A DNA stretch of 64,000 nucleotides. It comes from Callorhinchus milii (taxonomy: Eukaryota). The translations under genes were made by a program, and so were the position numbers. The DNA is taken from the NCBI RefSeq assembly GCF_018977255.1, contig NW_024704742.1:58592001-58656000 (forward strand), in the 5' to 3' direction. The notes under the pieces are model-generated. The model worked only from the letters and a program-made list of their open reading frames with translations. It had not been told where the DNA came from and made no database searches. Below, piece after piece: positions 24,111 to 38,586 of the stretch (the stretch's first letter is position 1; each line of letters begins with the position of its first letter).

Positions 24111-27100
24111 ATACTAACCAACAGTCAGCCAGTACAGGAGACCCTGAACCTACTGCACTCTTGTATTGACTAAGAGCAACAACAACAACAACTTGCATTT
24201 ACGCAGCACCCTTCATGCTGGATGGCGACTTGGATTGCTTGAAGAGCAGGTGGAAATGAAGTTCCAAATTAAACCTCTTCACTTGTGCAACAACACAATC
24301 AACTCACACCATCAAAGCCTATCTCACAACTCAATTTCCTTCAGCCACAGAGAGCGACACTTGGTTCAGAAGCCCGAGATTGCCATCATTTCCAATCAGG
24401 CTGGGTTGCGTAGATCAAAATGACTCTATCCAAGTTGCTTGAAGTGCGCCAGTTGAATTTCAAACTTTTCCAACAGAACAGAGTTGTTTAAAAGCTACTC
24501 CAAAAAAAACAATCTTACTAGAAATAGTCTTTTGTCAGAGCAAGCCCTGCAGCCTCAGGGGCTGAAATACTTAAGACAAGATTGTTGCAACTCGCTTTCC
24601 TGTACAATGTTTTGAGTGAATTAGAAACACGGATTCAGAATTCTGCTAAATCGCAACACACAACTCCCTGTCTATCTTGGCTTCAGGACTGCTGCTAGGC
24701 ATTGCATTTAACCTAAGTAATTGATTTCAAACATTCTGTAGCTACTGAAGTATTCAAACTCTACATTCATAACAGCTAAAATGCTTCCATTCATATGTAA
24801 GGTCGATTTGGGACAAGCTAAAAAAAATATATATATTATGTAGTTTTATGTTGTATAAAAAATATAAATGTTCCAGGATGGACCTGTCTTAAATAGTGCT
24901 ATATAATTGCAAGTTTTTGTAATAATAATACTTACATTTAATACAGTGCTTTCACGTCAAGTGGACATCATAAAACACTTCACAGGATACATTGTAAAGT
25001 GGAATCACTGGATATTTTATAGGCAAACATATGTAGAAATATATGTACTTGTTACCATATGTAATAATGTCAAAACGTCTTCTAGCCCTTTGTACCTTTG
25101 AAGTTCACTGACTGAAGTTAGTTAGGGAAACCCAACAACAATGTTGCACTCACAACACCCTGCAAACAGTGATTAGGTAAATGACCAATTACAATTTTGA
25201 GGCAAATTTGTGTGAGGGAGCAACACAAGACAAAAAATAATTAGGTCACCTCAATCCACGACTGTTTGTGGGACACTGCTGAGCGCAATTGACTGCCGCG
25301 TTTCGCCCACAAATATACAGTCAATTCACTTTACAGTATATTCTGTAAAGCACTTTGAGACGTCTTATCGACATGATAAGATACTGTATCAAATTCAAGG
25401 ATTACTATCATTATTATTGGTCATGAATTCTGGAGAACACCCAAAAGAGTGCTGTGGAATCTTTACCAGCCGCATCAACCACCAGAATATCAGGGGCAAC
25501 CTCAAATTGATGACTCTTACTAAGGATGGCACCTTTAACATTGTTTCACACCCTCACTGCACTTGTGTGTCAGCTAAGTGATGTGCTCAAGCCCTGTTTC
25601 AGAGCTACGGCTGAGCCAAATTGACCTGCGAAAACCGGTTACATTTACAGGCTGCAACCAAATAAATCTTATGGGTGCCAGTCCGGGATCACATACACAC
25701 GTCCAGTTTCAGTGTTGTTTGCTTCCTGATAACAGAGCTTGCAACAGACCCTGTCTGAAGGATGACAGTCACCAACAAACAGGCCGACTCCAAGCCAACC
25801 CATCATAACAACAGTCGCCAGCTTTTGTTAACCGCTTGTATTCCAAAGTACACAGGGAGAGGAATTTTACATTCGTTAAAAAAAAACTCACTGGCCTTTT
25901 TCAAGTTTCAGGTTTAACATCAAAATAACTTTGGAACACTTTGAAAGCTTCTGAATAATGCAATTCTCCAAGTTGAAAAACACCAATGAACTGCTCATTA
26001 TTTTTGCTCTCGATTTAGTATATTAATAATAAAATAAACCGCACAATTTTCCGCAACACAAATACATCCTTATTTCACACACCTACCAGTGTCACTGTTA
26101 TTCACACTTGGTCATATCTTACAGCCAGTTAGATAGACACTGAGCTAATCGATCACTGTACCATCCAACTTTCTCATTCACTCTGTTCCTTTTCATTTGA
26201 TTCCTCAAAGTGACCTTTTATGAAGGCCATAAATAGTTCCCAGCATCAGTTTTTTGGAAAAATAAGTGGTTGGGTTACGGTGAGTTCTCCTGGTGAAAGG
26301 ACAGAGGCTACTTACCTAAAGACACAACTGATTTTGAATCAAAACAGCCTGCAACGAGGATGTAATCTCAGTAAAGTAGTTTTCTTTAAAAATCCAGTCT
26401 TCGTAAATAACAATCTAGGTTTCAATGCACAGATGTTTATGGAACACACCAATTGCAGAGTTGCTTTCTTCTGTCACCCACTGTGAAAGGGTTAAATCCT
26501 CCAGTCTTGCTATCATTAACAGATAAAGTGAACCCGTTCTCAAAACTAGACAACCCCTCCACCGCCCATTCTTAATTTAGATTCTTGGTCAGAATACCTT
26601 CGAATAATAATTAACCCACAAAGGGCACTTTAAAGTATGGTCAAAAGAGCTGAGCACAATTAATCTTTTTATTTTGTTCAGGTCATTTTGGAGAAGACGG
26701 CAAATGAAGAAATATCCCCGTCTCCATATGCGTTCTGGATTCTCTTTTACAATACTCTATTCAGCAAAAAAATCCACAAGCTGCTCCTATTTAAAATTGG
26801 AAAATCAGTGCAGTATGCCGTCTTAAAGCTTTTTTCTGAACTGCAAATGCTTGAAGTGACCACAGCTATTTAATAATAACCCTTACATTTGTTACCCACC
26901 GATCAACTGCTGTCTCAGAATGGTTAAACTGAAATTATCCATTGCATTGAACTGTCAAACCTTAAGGTGCATTCAGACAGATGGACACACAATTAACCAC
27001 ACCTATCAAATAATTACCGCCCGCCCCATCACTGCTGACATGATTCTCCATGCTAACCGTGCCAGTGTTCACTTTTTCTTTCAACTTAACCAGCGCAAAT

Positions 27101-28419
27101 AAAAAAGACAAAAATATCTGTTTATAATTAAAATAGATCAAGATGCACAAAATTGACAGGCGGAAAAATATAATGAAACTTAAATAAATGCCAAAGTTAA
27201 GAATCTATACAGCATGAAATTGGTGGTAACACGCTGACATTAAAATGACAAGCAATTTCCAGCGTCAATAAAGCAGAACTACACGGCTGGTGTGAGATGT
27301 ACAGTGGGGAAGAGCAGCTTAAAGCAACTGAGAACATTTCTCCGCAACTCACCATGCTGACAGTCCATTGCTTTGTCACCACTAATGTCCATGGAGAAAA
27401 ATACAAGGTAAGTTCGCCTCTGGTTTGGGCAGAGTTCGTTGTTCATTTATTCCCTTTTGCCCCCAGGCTGCTATTGAGAAGCACTCAGGTTTAATCCCCA
27501 CTGCCTGGTGTCAAGCACAACACAAATCCTTTTTTTNCTAATGAACCTGTAGATGACTGGAATGATCAACCCATTTCCTACACTTGTACCACACATGAGC
27601 TGGGTCAGCATTTCAACAGGAAGGCAGAGACCAAGGTGAGAAGTAAACAAACAACAGCATCTGGGAAGAAATCATTCCCCGGGAAATTGTTCAGCCATTA
27701 TAATGGTTTTAAACACTGCCACTTGCAGCTTCTTGGCTCTCGGAGTACGTTTCTTTGAATAGTGAGCACTTAAAGGAGTATCATCGGAGCTTCTGCCATT
27801 CTGACTGTCTTCCATTAAGTTGTGTCCTAAAAAGAGAGATGAAACCTTTCTGCCCTGCCAAGCACAAGGCTTGTCATAATTCATTAATAACAGTGCTATG
27901 CTCAGGTTTCCATCAACTGAGCAGTCTCGAACTAAACTGCTGAGTGAACAGCAGCCTCTCCCGAGACACTGGGAGCATTCTGCTGCAACGTGCCAGCATC
28001 TGTGCAGCCAAGTGACAGGAAACGATGGACAACATCAGCGACCTCTGACATGATTGAAGCCTCCAGGTTGAAGGCAAAGGAATGGGGGGTAAGGCAGGAA
28101 TGTGCTTTGCTGCACTGCCCCTCTGGCGTGACTGTTTGCCCACAAGCATTCGGTTGCTCACTGTCTGTGAAAGCTTGGGGTGACGGTTATATCACATTAC
28201 CCTTTTCCCCCGCCCACGCAAGGAATCTTACACAAAGTAGCCAGCATCTAAAATAAACCCCTGCTGATAGGAAAGGCAACTTCAGAAATAAACAAGTCAA
28301 GAGGGACTGCAAGTAGCTGAGATTCCAAGACCTGCCTAAATATCATAGCTGTTACTTCATTTGAGCTCCAGACGTCTGTCAGCTGAATACAGTGCTCTGA
28401 TCTACCGACTTAAAAATCA

Positions 28420-28850
28420 TAATAATAATAATTCTTACATTTGTTATTGCAACTTTCACTTCTGGAGGACATCCCATAGCGCTTCACAAAATACACTGCA
28501 AATTGTAGTGACTATGTGTTTTGTTGGCGAATACTACAGCCAATTTGAACATAGCAATCTCCCACTTACAGCCTTCTAAAGTGAAGGACTAATTTTATTT
28601 GGAGGATAGTTGGCCCGTACACTTGGAGAAACTACTTCCTCTTTTCAAATAGTGCCATGGGATCTTTAACAGTTACTTGAACAGGCAGATGGATCTTGGT
28701 ATAAGGTCTCATCCAAAGGACAGCACCTCCGACACTACAATACCCCCACACCACTGAATTATTGAGTCACCTTAACTATACGAGCTCCAAGTCGTGACGT
28801 GGGGCTTGAATCCACAACTTTCTGACTCAGAGGCGAGAGTGCTACAAACT
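28420..28850 (-). mobile_element. Deu-domain SINE, near full length
   Basis: Head (reverse) tagcactctcgcctctgagtcagaaagttgtggattcaagcccc, Deu core and (att)n tail. Confidence 0.85.
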
Positions 28851-29704
28851 GCACCATTGGCTTACAGCTTTCTACAGCATGAAATAACGTGTTTCCATGC
28901 TGGTATCAATCCATATTTAAAGAGACATTGCCGTCCAGCTGGTGGGTAGCTTTGAACACTTACAATAATATTTTAAAATAACCTAAGCTGTCAACTAGAA
29001 TGACAGGGCACTGCAAACATGTCACAGTCATGTCTGTAACATTGTGGTAAAGCTTGGCAGTATTTTTCTTTAACCGATTCCTTGTGTTAATTAGTATAAG
29101 GAATTGGTTAAGAAATGCAGCATATTTTACTCCATTATTCATTAAGAGTTTAAAGAGTGCGATTTACAAACTGAAGTGGTTTCAACTGTTTAGAAGCTAT
29201 GTCATTCATGCATTACGAGCAGCTGGACTCTGCTAACGGGGAGATTGTTCAGGCAGCAACTTGTGCCTTGCAATACAGAAATTCAACTCAATTCTCATGC
29301 TTTTACTTTGTAGCTGCCAGAATTACGCCTCCCCCCCCTGCCACCATACACAAATTCTCAATGCCACACACAAACTCTAAGTGCCGTGCACACAAACACG
29401 CATACTCTCTTGTAAATATATGCACGCTCACACACATAGTGCTGTGTGAGTGGACTGTAAATGAAACTATCACAATTCAACAAATTTGTCTTTCGATTTG
29501 TAATTTATACAACAAAACAAATCAATTGAAAGATACAGTAAATTTTTCCAAGCTTGTTTTTAAACCTCATGGAGTTTGGGACCAGGATTGCAGGAATCAT
29601 GCTAGTTTGGCTTGTAAACACTGCCAAAGTGTGATAGCTCAATTACACACAGAAACATTATATTAGCTTGAAAAACAGCATTAGCTACAGTACACCTCCC
29701 GCCC

Positions 29705-30005
29705 GCCTGGTTTGTACACAGTTAGCTAATCACAGCCTCAGCAGCAGTTAGTGCTCTGCAATTGGCCTCAGTGACCCCTGGACTAAGCAGGGGTTAAAAA
29801 AACAGTCACGGTTCTTCCTACTGATTACCATCAAGTGACCCCATGTTGGAAAGTGCAATGTGTGTGAATGTTGGGTGAGGACAGAATCAAGCTCCGCTGT
29901 GATGTCCCTTATGGTCAAAAAGCAACCTGGCACTTGCCATCAAGGGTTTATACATGAAGAGATGCAGAAAGGCTTCCAGGGTCTGAGGAACTATTCCCTA
30001 GTGAG
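29705..30005 (+). mobile_element. AmnSINE2-like ancient SINE
   Basis: Blocks caattggcctcagtgacccctgg, ggaaagtgc...gggtgaggacagaatc...gctgtgatg and acatgaaga match the recalled AmnSINE2 consensus; colinear with the copy at 31502-31780. Confidence 0.6.
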
Positions 30006-31501
30006 ACGAGGGAAAAAAAACACCCAAAATATATTTTCAATAAAGTCAATGCTTCGATTGTTTTTCTCTCAGAATAATAATAATTATCATGATTATAATC
30101 CTTACATTTGATACATGTCGGGAAGATATCCCAAAGTGCTTCGCAGTATTCACAGTGTTGAAGAAATCTCAGTATTTTTGTAAGCCAACATGGCAGCCAA
30201 TGTTGTGCATAACAGAATATCCCATACCAGTCACAAAGTGAATGACTAGTTTTATATGGGGGAGTTGTTGGCCAGGACAACAAGTCCACCTAAACAATAA
30301 AACAGGCAGATATAAAAGAATAAAATGTACAGATGATTCTATGAAAAGAAACTCTGAATGATCTCATTCAGGGAATAGGTACTCAAGCCCATTGGTCCTC
30401 TTGTGACAATTGCAATGGTAGATTTAGGCCCAACCACTGTGCCAAAGTTGCACAGATGGGGGGATAGTTAACACCCACAGACAGTCAACATTTAGTATGA
30501 GCAGAATTTTTGACAATATGATTATTATTACTAGTGATAATCATCACATCTTGTATTTTTCACCCCATGGAACCCGGCCGTCTGCTTTTGAATTTGCACT
30601 ATGAAAACTTGCCCCCCACAAATCTCGTCTACAATCACCAAAACATTTTAAACATCCAGTTATGGTTTGTAAAACCCATTTGCCAATGATCTCAGCTAAT
30701 CTGGGGTAGATTGGTTTGCCAGAAAAAACAATAAATGGAATGTGGTATATAACGTTTCGTAAAAGGAATTTTTCAATCCAAGCATAAAATTTCTTGGCAA
30801 ACTGATTTTATATTCATCAGGATTCAACTATCTGTGATACTCTGTGGGCAGTTTCAGGAAGATCAATGAGAAATTGATCACAACCTGGAATAGTCTTGGT
30901 AGATGAGGAAGTTTCTAAATAGGAGTGGAGTTGAGATTCATAGATCCTGTGTATTACTATTGATTTGCCTTTCAGTCTAATTTTATTCAAGTAAGGTTGT
31001 CAAAAGAATAAGTGGGTTACAAGAAACGTTTAAGCCAATCGTTGCTTCAGGCTATCAAAAGGCTTGAAAATTCCAGATAAAAGAACAAAACGATAGAGGT
31101 TTAGAGTTGCAAAAGGCAATTACAGTAGATACCAGTGAGTTTTTATTTACACAGAGGGTAATTAACAACTTTACCAGGAAGGAAGGTTGAAGTTGGAAGG
31201 GCAGTAGGATGGGTATTCTGTAGAGATGAGATCAAATGGGACGAAGAGCCTTCTTTATCTTTATCCAAACTTGTGGATAAAGGTCTTTATAGGGAATTTG
31301 ACCTTTCATTTTCCATTCTAAGATGGTTTATACCCCATCGACCCTTATTGCGCTTTTCCATTTTTACAGATGAAGTGATGAAAATCTTAGCAAGATAAGT
31401 CAGCAGTTTAATCTTAAACGTCCCTTCTAGGAAAAAGCTTTTGATGCATTCTTTTATTTTGAAATAAATTAAAAGACGATCTTTTTTGAAGCAATTTCTT
31501 T

Positions 31502-31780
31502 AAAGTTCCATGAGCACCCTCTGGCACGTTGGTCATGTGGCCATCAGTTCATGTGTCAGCCTCCACTGTTGGTGTCGGCTGCTTGACCACAGGGGGATTC
31601 TTACAGCTGAGCCCAATGCTTTCTTCACCCAGCTGTCGCTGTTTAGAATTTAGGAGAGTGAAACTCTACCACAGGGGGTGATGAAGCCAATTACAAATGA
31701 GATCAGCGCACTCAGCACAGAAACTGGGAACATTCTGGTCTGTATGGCTCAACTACTCTCCAAATGAACTCACTGAACCA
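31502..31780 (-). mobile_element. AmnSINE2-like ancient SINE
   Basis: Reverse strand gagccatacagaccag...ctgtgctgagtgcgctgatctc...gccgacac...ggctgacacatgaa...atggccac. A degenerate third copy lies at about 39015-39180. Confidence 0.6.
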
Positions 31781-33589
31781 TCAGAAGCAATAGCGTTTTG
31801 TTTTGACTTAACCAACAGCCCTGCCAGTCGGACTATGTAGCTTCATTCACTGAAGCAACTTGTGGTGAATTCTAATACAAATAAACATTGTTGTTCTTTG
31901 CCACTCTGGAGTACTTCCTGTTGGACCCAAGTGGTCACAGCGAGAAGCTAATGATCTCTTTTACTTGCGCAAGTTATCATTTACTCAGCAGGAAGGCTTT
32001 GCTCAGTTTATTGGGAGCTGCAACAGGCAATTTCAAACATTTGCCTACTAGGAAATGCATTTTCAGCAGTGCACCACAAAACTGCCTACCAGACCCAATC
32101 TGTTTATGTTACCGTACTTTAACAAATGATAGGTACACAGGGACACACAACTGGAACTTCCCAGGTTTGTAACTATGACCTTGAAATGCACCGGGGACTA
32201 ATTCTGCCTGGACCTTGACACATTTTTTTTAGGGTTGAAATTATGTTATATATCCTGAGCTACCAGGAAGAAGTCTGGATGGTGGCGATCTCATTTTAGT
32301 AATGTTAAAACAGAAACAGTACAGTATTCCGGCTTCTTAATGATTCAACTCAGGCAGCACCAGCGGAGCTAATTGGAAGGTGAACTCAAGACTGAGGCTC
32401 TGATATTGAGTCAACAAGCACAAGAGGATGTCACTTATTGTGACAATATACCCCATGTTGATTGGGAAATGTTGAATGGATTATGCGTTTGAAGAAGCAG
32501 ACTGAGGAAGATGAGGGCTGGAGCAGAGGTCCTGGCTGTGCTGGCCATCTACATGATGTTAGTTTGGCACACGGTGTATGAGCCACACTGCTGAGGCATT
32601 GGAGGAGGACCACGGTTTGGAATCACAAAGCTGTCTGTCTATGCCTCTCACAGCCCTTCAAGTGTTGAAGGCCAGCACAAAGGTAAGAATTATACAGGAC
32701 AAAGTTCTAGATGAGACCACTTATTTGCTATTATAAATTGTTCTAACTGAGAGGATTCAAGAGGTGAGATCTGTCATTACAGTACTGCAATACTGAACCG
32801 TTCCCATGAATCCAAAATAGTAATCCTTGTATGTGCTAAAGCATATAAAGTATAAACATCCCATAGCACTTCCCAGGTAATTGCTATCGAGTGCAGCAAC
32901 TGTATATTCATAGGCAAATTTGGCAGCCAGTTTTCACACAGCAAGGTCCCCAAAACAGTCATAAAGTGAATTCTATTACTGAACCATCAATGTGGAATGA
33001 ATAACTATTTCATCTGGAGGATTGTTAGCAAGGACTCTGGGAGAAGCTTCCTCTTTTCGAATGGCATCCTGAGATGTTTGATGTCTCCCGGAAAACATCT
33101 CATCTGATCTTTCCCAAAGAGAAATTAAATGTTTCATACCGCAATAGTCAACCATGTATATTAAATACAATATTAGTGAATTTTATGCAAGCATTCAAGG
33201 CAAGAATATACACATCAAAAATAAAACAATACACAATCTAAAAATAGTAGTGACACTTAAGATGTACAGTGTGATCGGGAATATTTTCAGACCTTGAGTA
33301 CTCACTAAACTAATAAGCATGGACGCAGAAGGTCACTGGGACCGCAGACACTTAAAGGGAATTATTTCAAGAGAAGTGTTTGAAGAGGAAGTGTATTCAT
33401 GTGATTTACCACATAATGCTATATATTTGCAAAAGGAGACATTTATGCACTTACTGGTATTTCTCAGCTCTCCCAGCTATTTTGTGTACTGCTCTTTAAA
33501 ATTACTGGTCAGAAAGAAAAAAATGCTTTTCATAGCTCTTTAACACATCAAAACATCTCAAAGGCTTTTACAAGTTATTGGTGTCAAAT

Positions 33590-33939
33590 GGAGCCCCATA
33601 ATATAGTGGTTAGCACACTCCCCACGCAAGCGAGAGAACTCAAGTTCGATTACTGGGCACTGTGAAACCTTAAGCAAGTTTCCTTACCCACACCTCTCCG
33701 TTTAGTAGAAACCCGGTTATTAGTCGATTGGCTGGATCTCTTTCTGGGTAATTAATACAAAAATCCTTTCGGAACAAATAAATAATAATAATGTGGCCAC
33801 TCAATCCATGGCTTTTGTGGGACACTGCTGTGAGCAAATGGCTGCCGTGTTTGTCCCACAAAAACATACACAGACAATCCATTTTACAATATATTCTGTG
33901 AAGTGCTTTGAGACATCTCAAATGCAAGGATTATTATTA
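33590..33939 (+). mobile_element. tRNA-Ala-headed SINE, long subtype, diverged
   Basis: Head, gcaagtttccttac, gaaacccggttattagtcgattgg insert block and tail. Confidence 0.8.
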
Positions 33940-33954
33940 ATTGTAGTAACTGTA

Positions 33955-34375
33955 TTTGTTGGCAAACAATAGATGTTAGAGGTGGTTCAGTGGAGACCAA
34001 CGGGGATGTTCCTCAGTTTAGATGAATGAGCTGTAAGCAATACTTAGAAAAGCTAAGGCTCTTTAGTCTTGAAGAGATATCTAAGAGGGAACTATATGTA
34101 TAATATTTTAAATGGGAATCATAAAGTAAACTCAGAATAATATTTTTGGATCCACCAAGATAGTAGAAAAAGTGGATGTAGTTTAGCATTGCAACGTGCA
34201 ATTTCAGGACAGATACCAGAAAGTTTTACTTTACCCAAAGGGAATAACTGGAATAGAGAACCATAAAGGATGTTAAAGCCAGGATACTGTGATGGGAAGA
34301 CAGTAAGAGGGTATTCTGGACAGATTAGATAAAAAGGGCTGAAGGACCTTCTTCATCCAAACCAATCTACTGATC
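33955..34375 (+). mobile_element. CR1 LINE 3' fragment
   Basis: EKLRLFSLE-like translation; 3' end gaaggaccttcttcatccaaac is shared with the copies at about 31250 and 57140. Confidence 0.65.
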
Positions 34376-36337
34376 TGGTGGTGTGCGTCACATTTTATGT
34401 GTTCCCCTCTGCTGGTACAACAACAAAAACTTCCACTTATATAGCACCCTCCATGGGGCGCCTGAAAAGGGAGGAGTTGGGCTCATCTAGAATATAAAAA
34501 CTGGCACAGACTCATTGCGCCAAATGGCCTGTATCTGTGATGTAATGTTCTATGCAATTCTATGCAAAAACACTAAGGGGGATACAATTCCACTGATTCT
34601 CTTAAAAACTAGAAAACAGGTTTCAAAGACTCAATTCAACAAACTGCCAACTTCTGTATACTCTAAATTGTGATATAAGTAGAATATACCGGGATAGAAT
34701 TTTACCCCACAAGTTTCATCTTTAAGCTACCCCAACACCCTTATTGAGATTGTCAAATTGTTGTTTATAGAGAACAGCCAGTACAAGGCTAAATCCTACC
34801 GCTCCTTAAATGAACAGCATCACCAGTCTACCCTAGAAAATCATTAGTTTATCTGAATGAGAATGGATTTGAGACACAATTCATAGATGTTTGATATCTA
34901 GACTCCAAGCACATAAATTCATTGCTACTTGTTTTAAAAAAAGCACTTTCAGACCATTTCAGATACTGCCCAGAGGAATCAGATTAAAAAAATCCACCAG
35001 AAAATCTTTTCCTAGTGTATTGATCATACTAATGATTTCCACAGGTTTAATGCTGGGATATTATGGATTCAGTGTAGCAGGGACAGAATATCAAGTTCAA
35101 GTTGTTCATTTCTTCTGAGAGTCTGTTCCATCATTATCAAGTGTATTCAGTTTCACAATTGATCAAAAACTTCAGACTTAAACGTCCTGCTTTGTGCTGT
35201 GACTGGCCAACTGGATTTCACAAATTCTCATTCTGATGATTGCTAGTATTTCAATGGCTCCTAAGTCCTTATACTTACAGCCTTGTCATTGTGTCTGACA
35301 TACATGTTATTTCCTTTTCATCTTTTGGGGCTCTTTCCTTTTCCTTTCTCTTTAATAACCCATTCATGTATTCTTTGTTTCTCTTGGGAATCGAATGCCA
35401 TCGTCGATCTCTCCAAGCACTTTTGCCAAAACACTTTGCAGTTTGCTTCAGCCACAAAGTATAAACTGGCACAACTTGAATATAGCCCAGACATAGACTA
35501 CTGCAGAGGCTACTGCAGTACAGTGATGCAAGCCACATGAAGAATTGTTTTCCAATCTGCAAAGGAGCATATAAATGTGGGTTTAAAGGCCTCGTTACCA
35601 TTTTTTCCCATTAATCTGCATGATATTCCTCCTTTTCCTTCTCATTTCCTTAATTCCTAAACTCTAAGTTACCCTTCAGACCATTTGTTTTCAGACACAT
35701 TCCCTTATTGCAACAAAGGTAGAAAATTCTGTCTCAATGAGCCAGCAGCATCTATGACAGGAAATGGCATTCTCCCTCACTATCCAGAAAGATGGGAGCG
35801 GTTTGCTCCAGTGGCCCTGGTGAGAATTGATAACATTCAATCACACGAGGGAGAGGGAACCTTGGGACTCAAACTCACATCATGTCCTTCTCTTCTGCTC
35901 CTTATAATAATATTCAAAAGATCACAAGATTGGTCTGGAATTAAGAAGCCCCTTTGACCCATCTGACCTCATCCCTCCAGAACACTCACCTACCTTGCCC
36001 ACAGCACTCCATCAAGCTTTTTTAAACAAGTCCAGTGTCTTGGCTGCCAGCACCTTTCCTGGCAAACTGATCCAGTTGTTGATTATCCTCTGAGTAAAGG
36101 AAAACTTCCTGGTATCTGCTCTTTACAACTCTAAACCTATGTCCTCTTGATCTACTGTCATGACACATCCTAAACTATCAATCTGGATTTACTTTTTCAC
36201 AACCCTTGCATTTGATATAACAACAACTTACATTTATGCAGTGCCACTCACACAGGGTAGCATCTCAGAGCACATTATCACATTGTCGAGACCTCTGAAA
36301 GTACCTCACACTGTGAAGTCTGTATTTGTAAGTAAAG

Positions 36338-36720
36338 GGTCAGCTGATAGCACTCTCGCCTGAGTCAAAAGTTTGTGGGTTAAAACCCCCCATTTACTTG
36401 TAATCAAATGCAGTGTGGGAGAGGGGTCATTAAATTGTTGGAGGTGCTTTGGATAAGACATTAATATAGATCACATCTGCTGTTCAGGTGGACATCAACA
36501 ATGTCATAGATGGTACTATTGGAAAAGAAAAGGGAATTTCTCCCTGTGTTCTAGTCAACAATTCCCACAGATAAAATTGATCATTCACTCATGTTTGTGG
36601 GATATTGCCATGCGCAAATTGGCTGCCATGGTTGCCAACAAAAAAACAGCCTCTACACCTGACAGAAACGACTATGAAGCATTTTGAGATGTTTTGATGT
36701 TATAGATGTGATACCAAATT
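36338..36720 (+). mobile_element. Deu-domain SINE
   Basis: tagcactctcgcctgagtcaaaag head, tgttggaggtgc...ctgttcaggtggacatc core and tail. Confidence 0.7.
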
Positions 36721-37905
36721 CAATTTCTATAAGGAGGCCAGTCTGAGATTGTCTTCACCAGGGATTAGGTAAATCAGGATTAATTGGGGGTATTTCCCCT
36801 TTGATATTTTAACAGTTCTTCACTCTTGAATTCCTGGAAAGTTTGCCGACAGTGCTGTTTATACTATTGATTTCCTGAACAAATTGAGGAGCGATGGCTA
36901 AAATGACTAATTGAATAATAATCGATTGGGTCTCATAACCAATCAATCAGTAAAATAAATAACCTTCACACCCCTAATGGATTACACTGCGCTCTGGGCA
37001 ACACAACAGGACATAATGCTGATGGTAATTCTCTCCCTCTGGTTTCAGGTTTCATGTAAGTGCCTCCTAATATGTTTTTTCGGGAAAAATTATTCTCAAA
37101 TGATATTTCAGAAGATGTCATACTCATGAGAGGAAATAAAAAATCTCATCAGTCCACGGCAAATTCATTTCTAGCTTTTCTGGCAGTTCCAGAATAAAAA
37201 TAGCTCAACAGGCACGGTATTGCAGTCACAAATTACATGCTCTTTGTTTAAAAAATGTTGCATTTGGCAGCAAGCTTTTAAACCTCCCCAAAATATATGG
37301 CTGATATGGCACAGGATTCGACTGTGTTGAGACTCATAAATGCATCAGCATTTGGTGCAAGTTTAATCTCCCCACACAGCTAGTTCCCAATTCCAACCAT
37401 GCGGCTGTGAGATGCGTTGGACAGATGTTAAATTATTCCCCACAGAGATTATAAAATATAAAATATATAATATAAAGTAGTCTGACCTCACCTGATTCTT
37501 TACCTGCCATGACATGGCTTGGCACTGGTGAGAGAACTGTGAACAAGTCGATGACCTGTTTCGTTTTGGCCACAGATTTTGTATGATCTGGAGCAACAAG
37601 TACATTAAGAGAGAAATCGAGTATGATTCTCCAGGAAAGTGTTCTTGCCTCCAAGTGTAGCCCCCTTGACCATGTGCATTCATCATGTGTTAATTCACAT
37701 CATCAAAGTCTCTCGTTAAAGTAGAGTACGGAATTTCTCTTTCACAGTCCCAGGCTAATCAGTCTTGAGATAACAGCTTCAAAGGAAATGAACTTTTAAC
37801 AACACAACTGTTAAATCTCTCAGTTTTATATTTTCTCCTCATCTCGGTGTGTTTATGTACCTTTGTGGAGAAATTTCAGCTGGCTCCAGAATTACTTCAA
37901 TTCAT

Positions 37906-38098
37906 TAGCATTTCAGATCACCCAGAATTTGGCAAATTGTTCAATTCAGTCTTAACTTTGAAGTTGTTTTTTCTTCAGTTCTTAAAAGAAACTTACAGCA
38001 AACTAGCTACAAAATTGGGGATGTATTTAAGAACGTGCCAAATTCTGGATGATCGAAAATGCTACATAAATAAAGTAACGAAGACCAGGTGGAATCCT
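37906..38098. repeat. Palindromic MITE-like repeat, copy 1
   Basis: Arms tagcatttcagatcacccagaatttggca and tgccaaattctggatgatcgaaaatgcta; homologous to 45280-45497. Confidence 0.7.
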
Positions 38099-38586
38099 GT
38101 CTTCCTATCTTTAGCCCCTGTTCCCCTCCTGACTATGTGACACATACTCAGGTATGGCTCCATAGGCACCAAGAACAATGACCAAGTGGCCTTCATTTTG
38201 AAGCCTGAACACCAATTGTCTAACTTTTTGGGGGGAGAGGCTAAGGATGAACAGGATCCTTTCTTCAATCCTGGACTAAGAACATCAACTCACTTTAACG
38301 TATCCTTGACTGAACACATTCTGGACTGTTAAGGAGTGCATCTACACTGCTCCCTAACCCTGTTAATGGATTTAAAAGCAAACAAACCTGACAAGACATT
38401 TGTCAAAATATTGGATATCTGATGTTCTTAGTCTATAAACTGGAATGATTTACTCATTATTGACATTTATTGAATCAAGCAAGAGAGTAAAGCTCCTGCA
38501 GTTCATTCTGTTCATGAAATTAAGTTATGTATTACAGATTAAGCATGCTTTGCACAGACTTCTCAGCAGATTAATAAATAATATTT

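Noticed and set aside
27537..27537. Single N base
   Set aside because: Assembly ambiguity next to a T-run, not biological.
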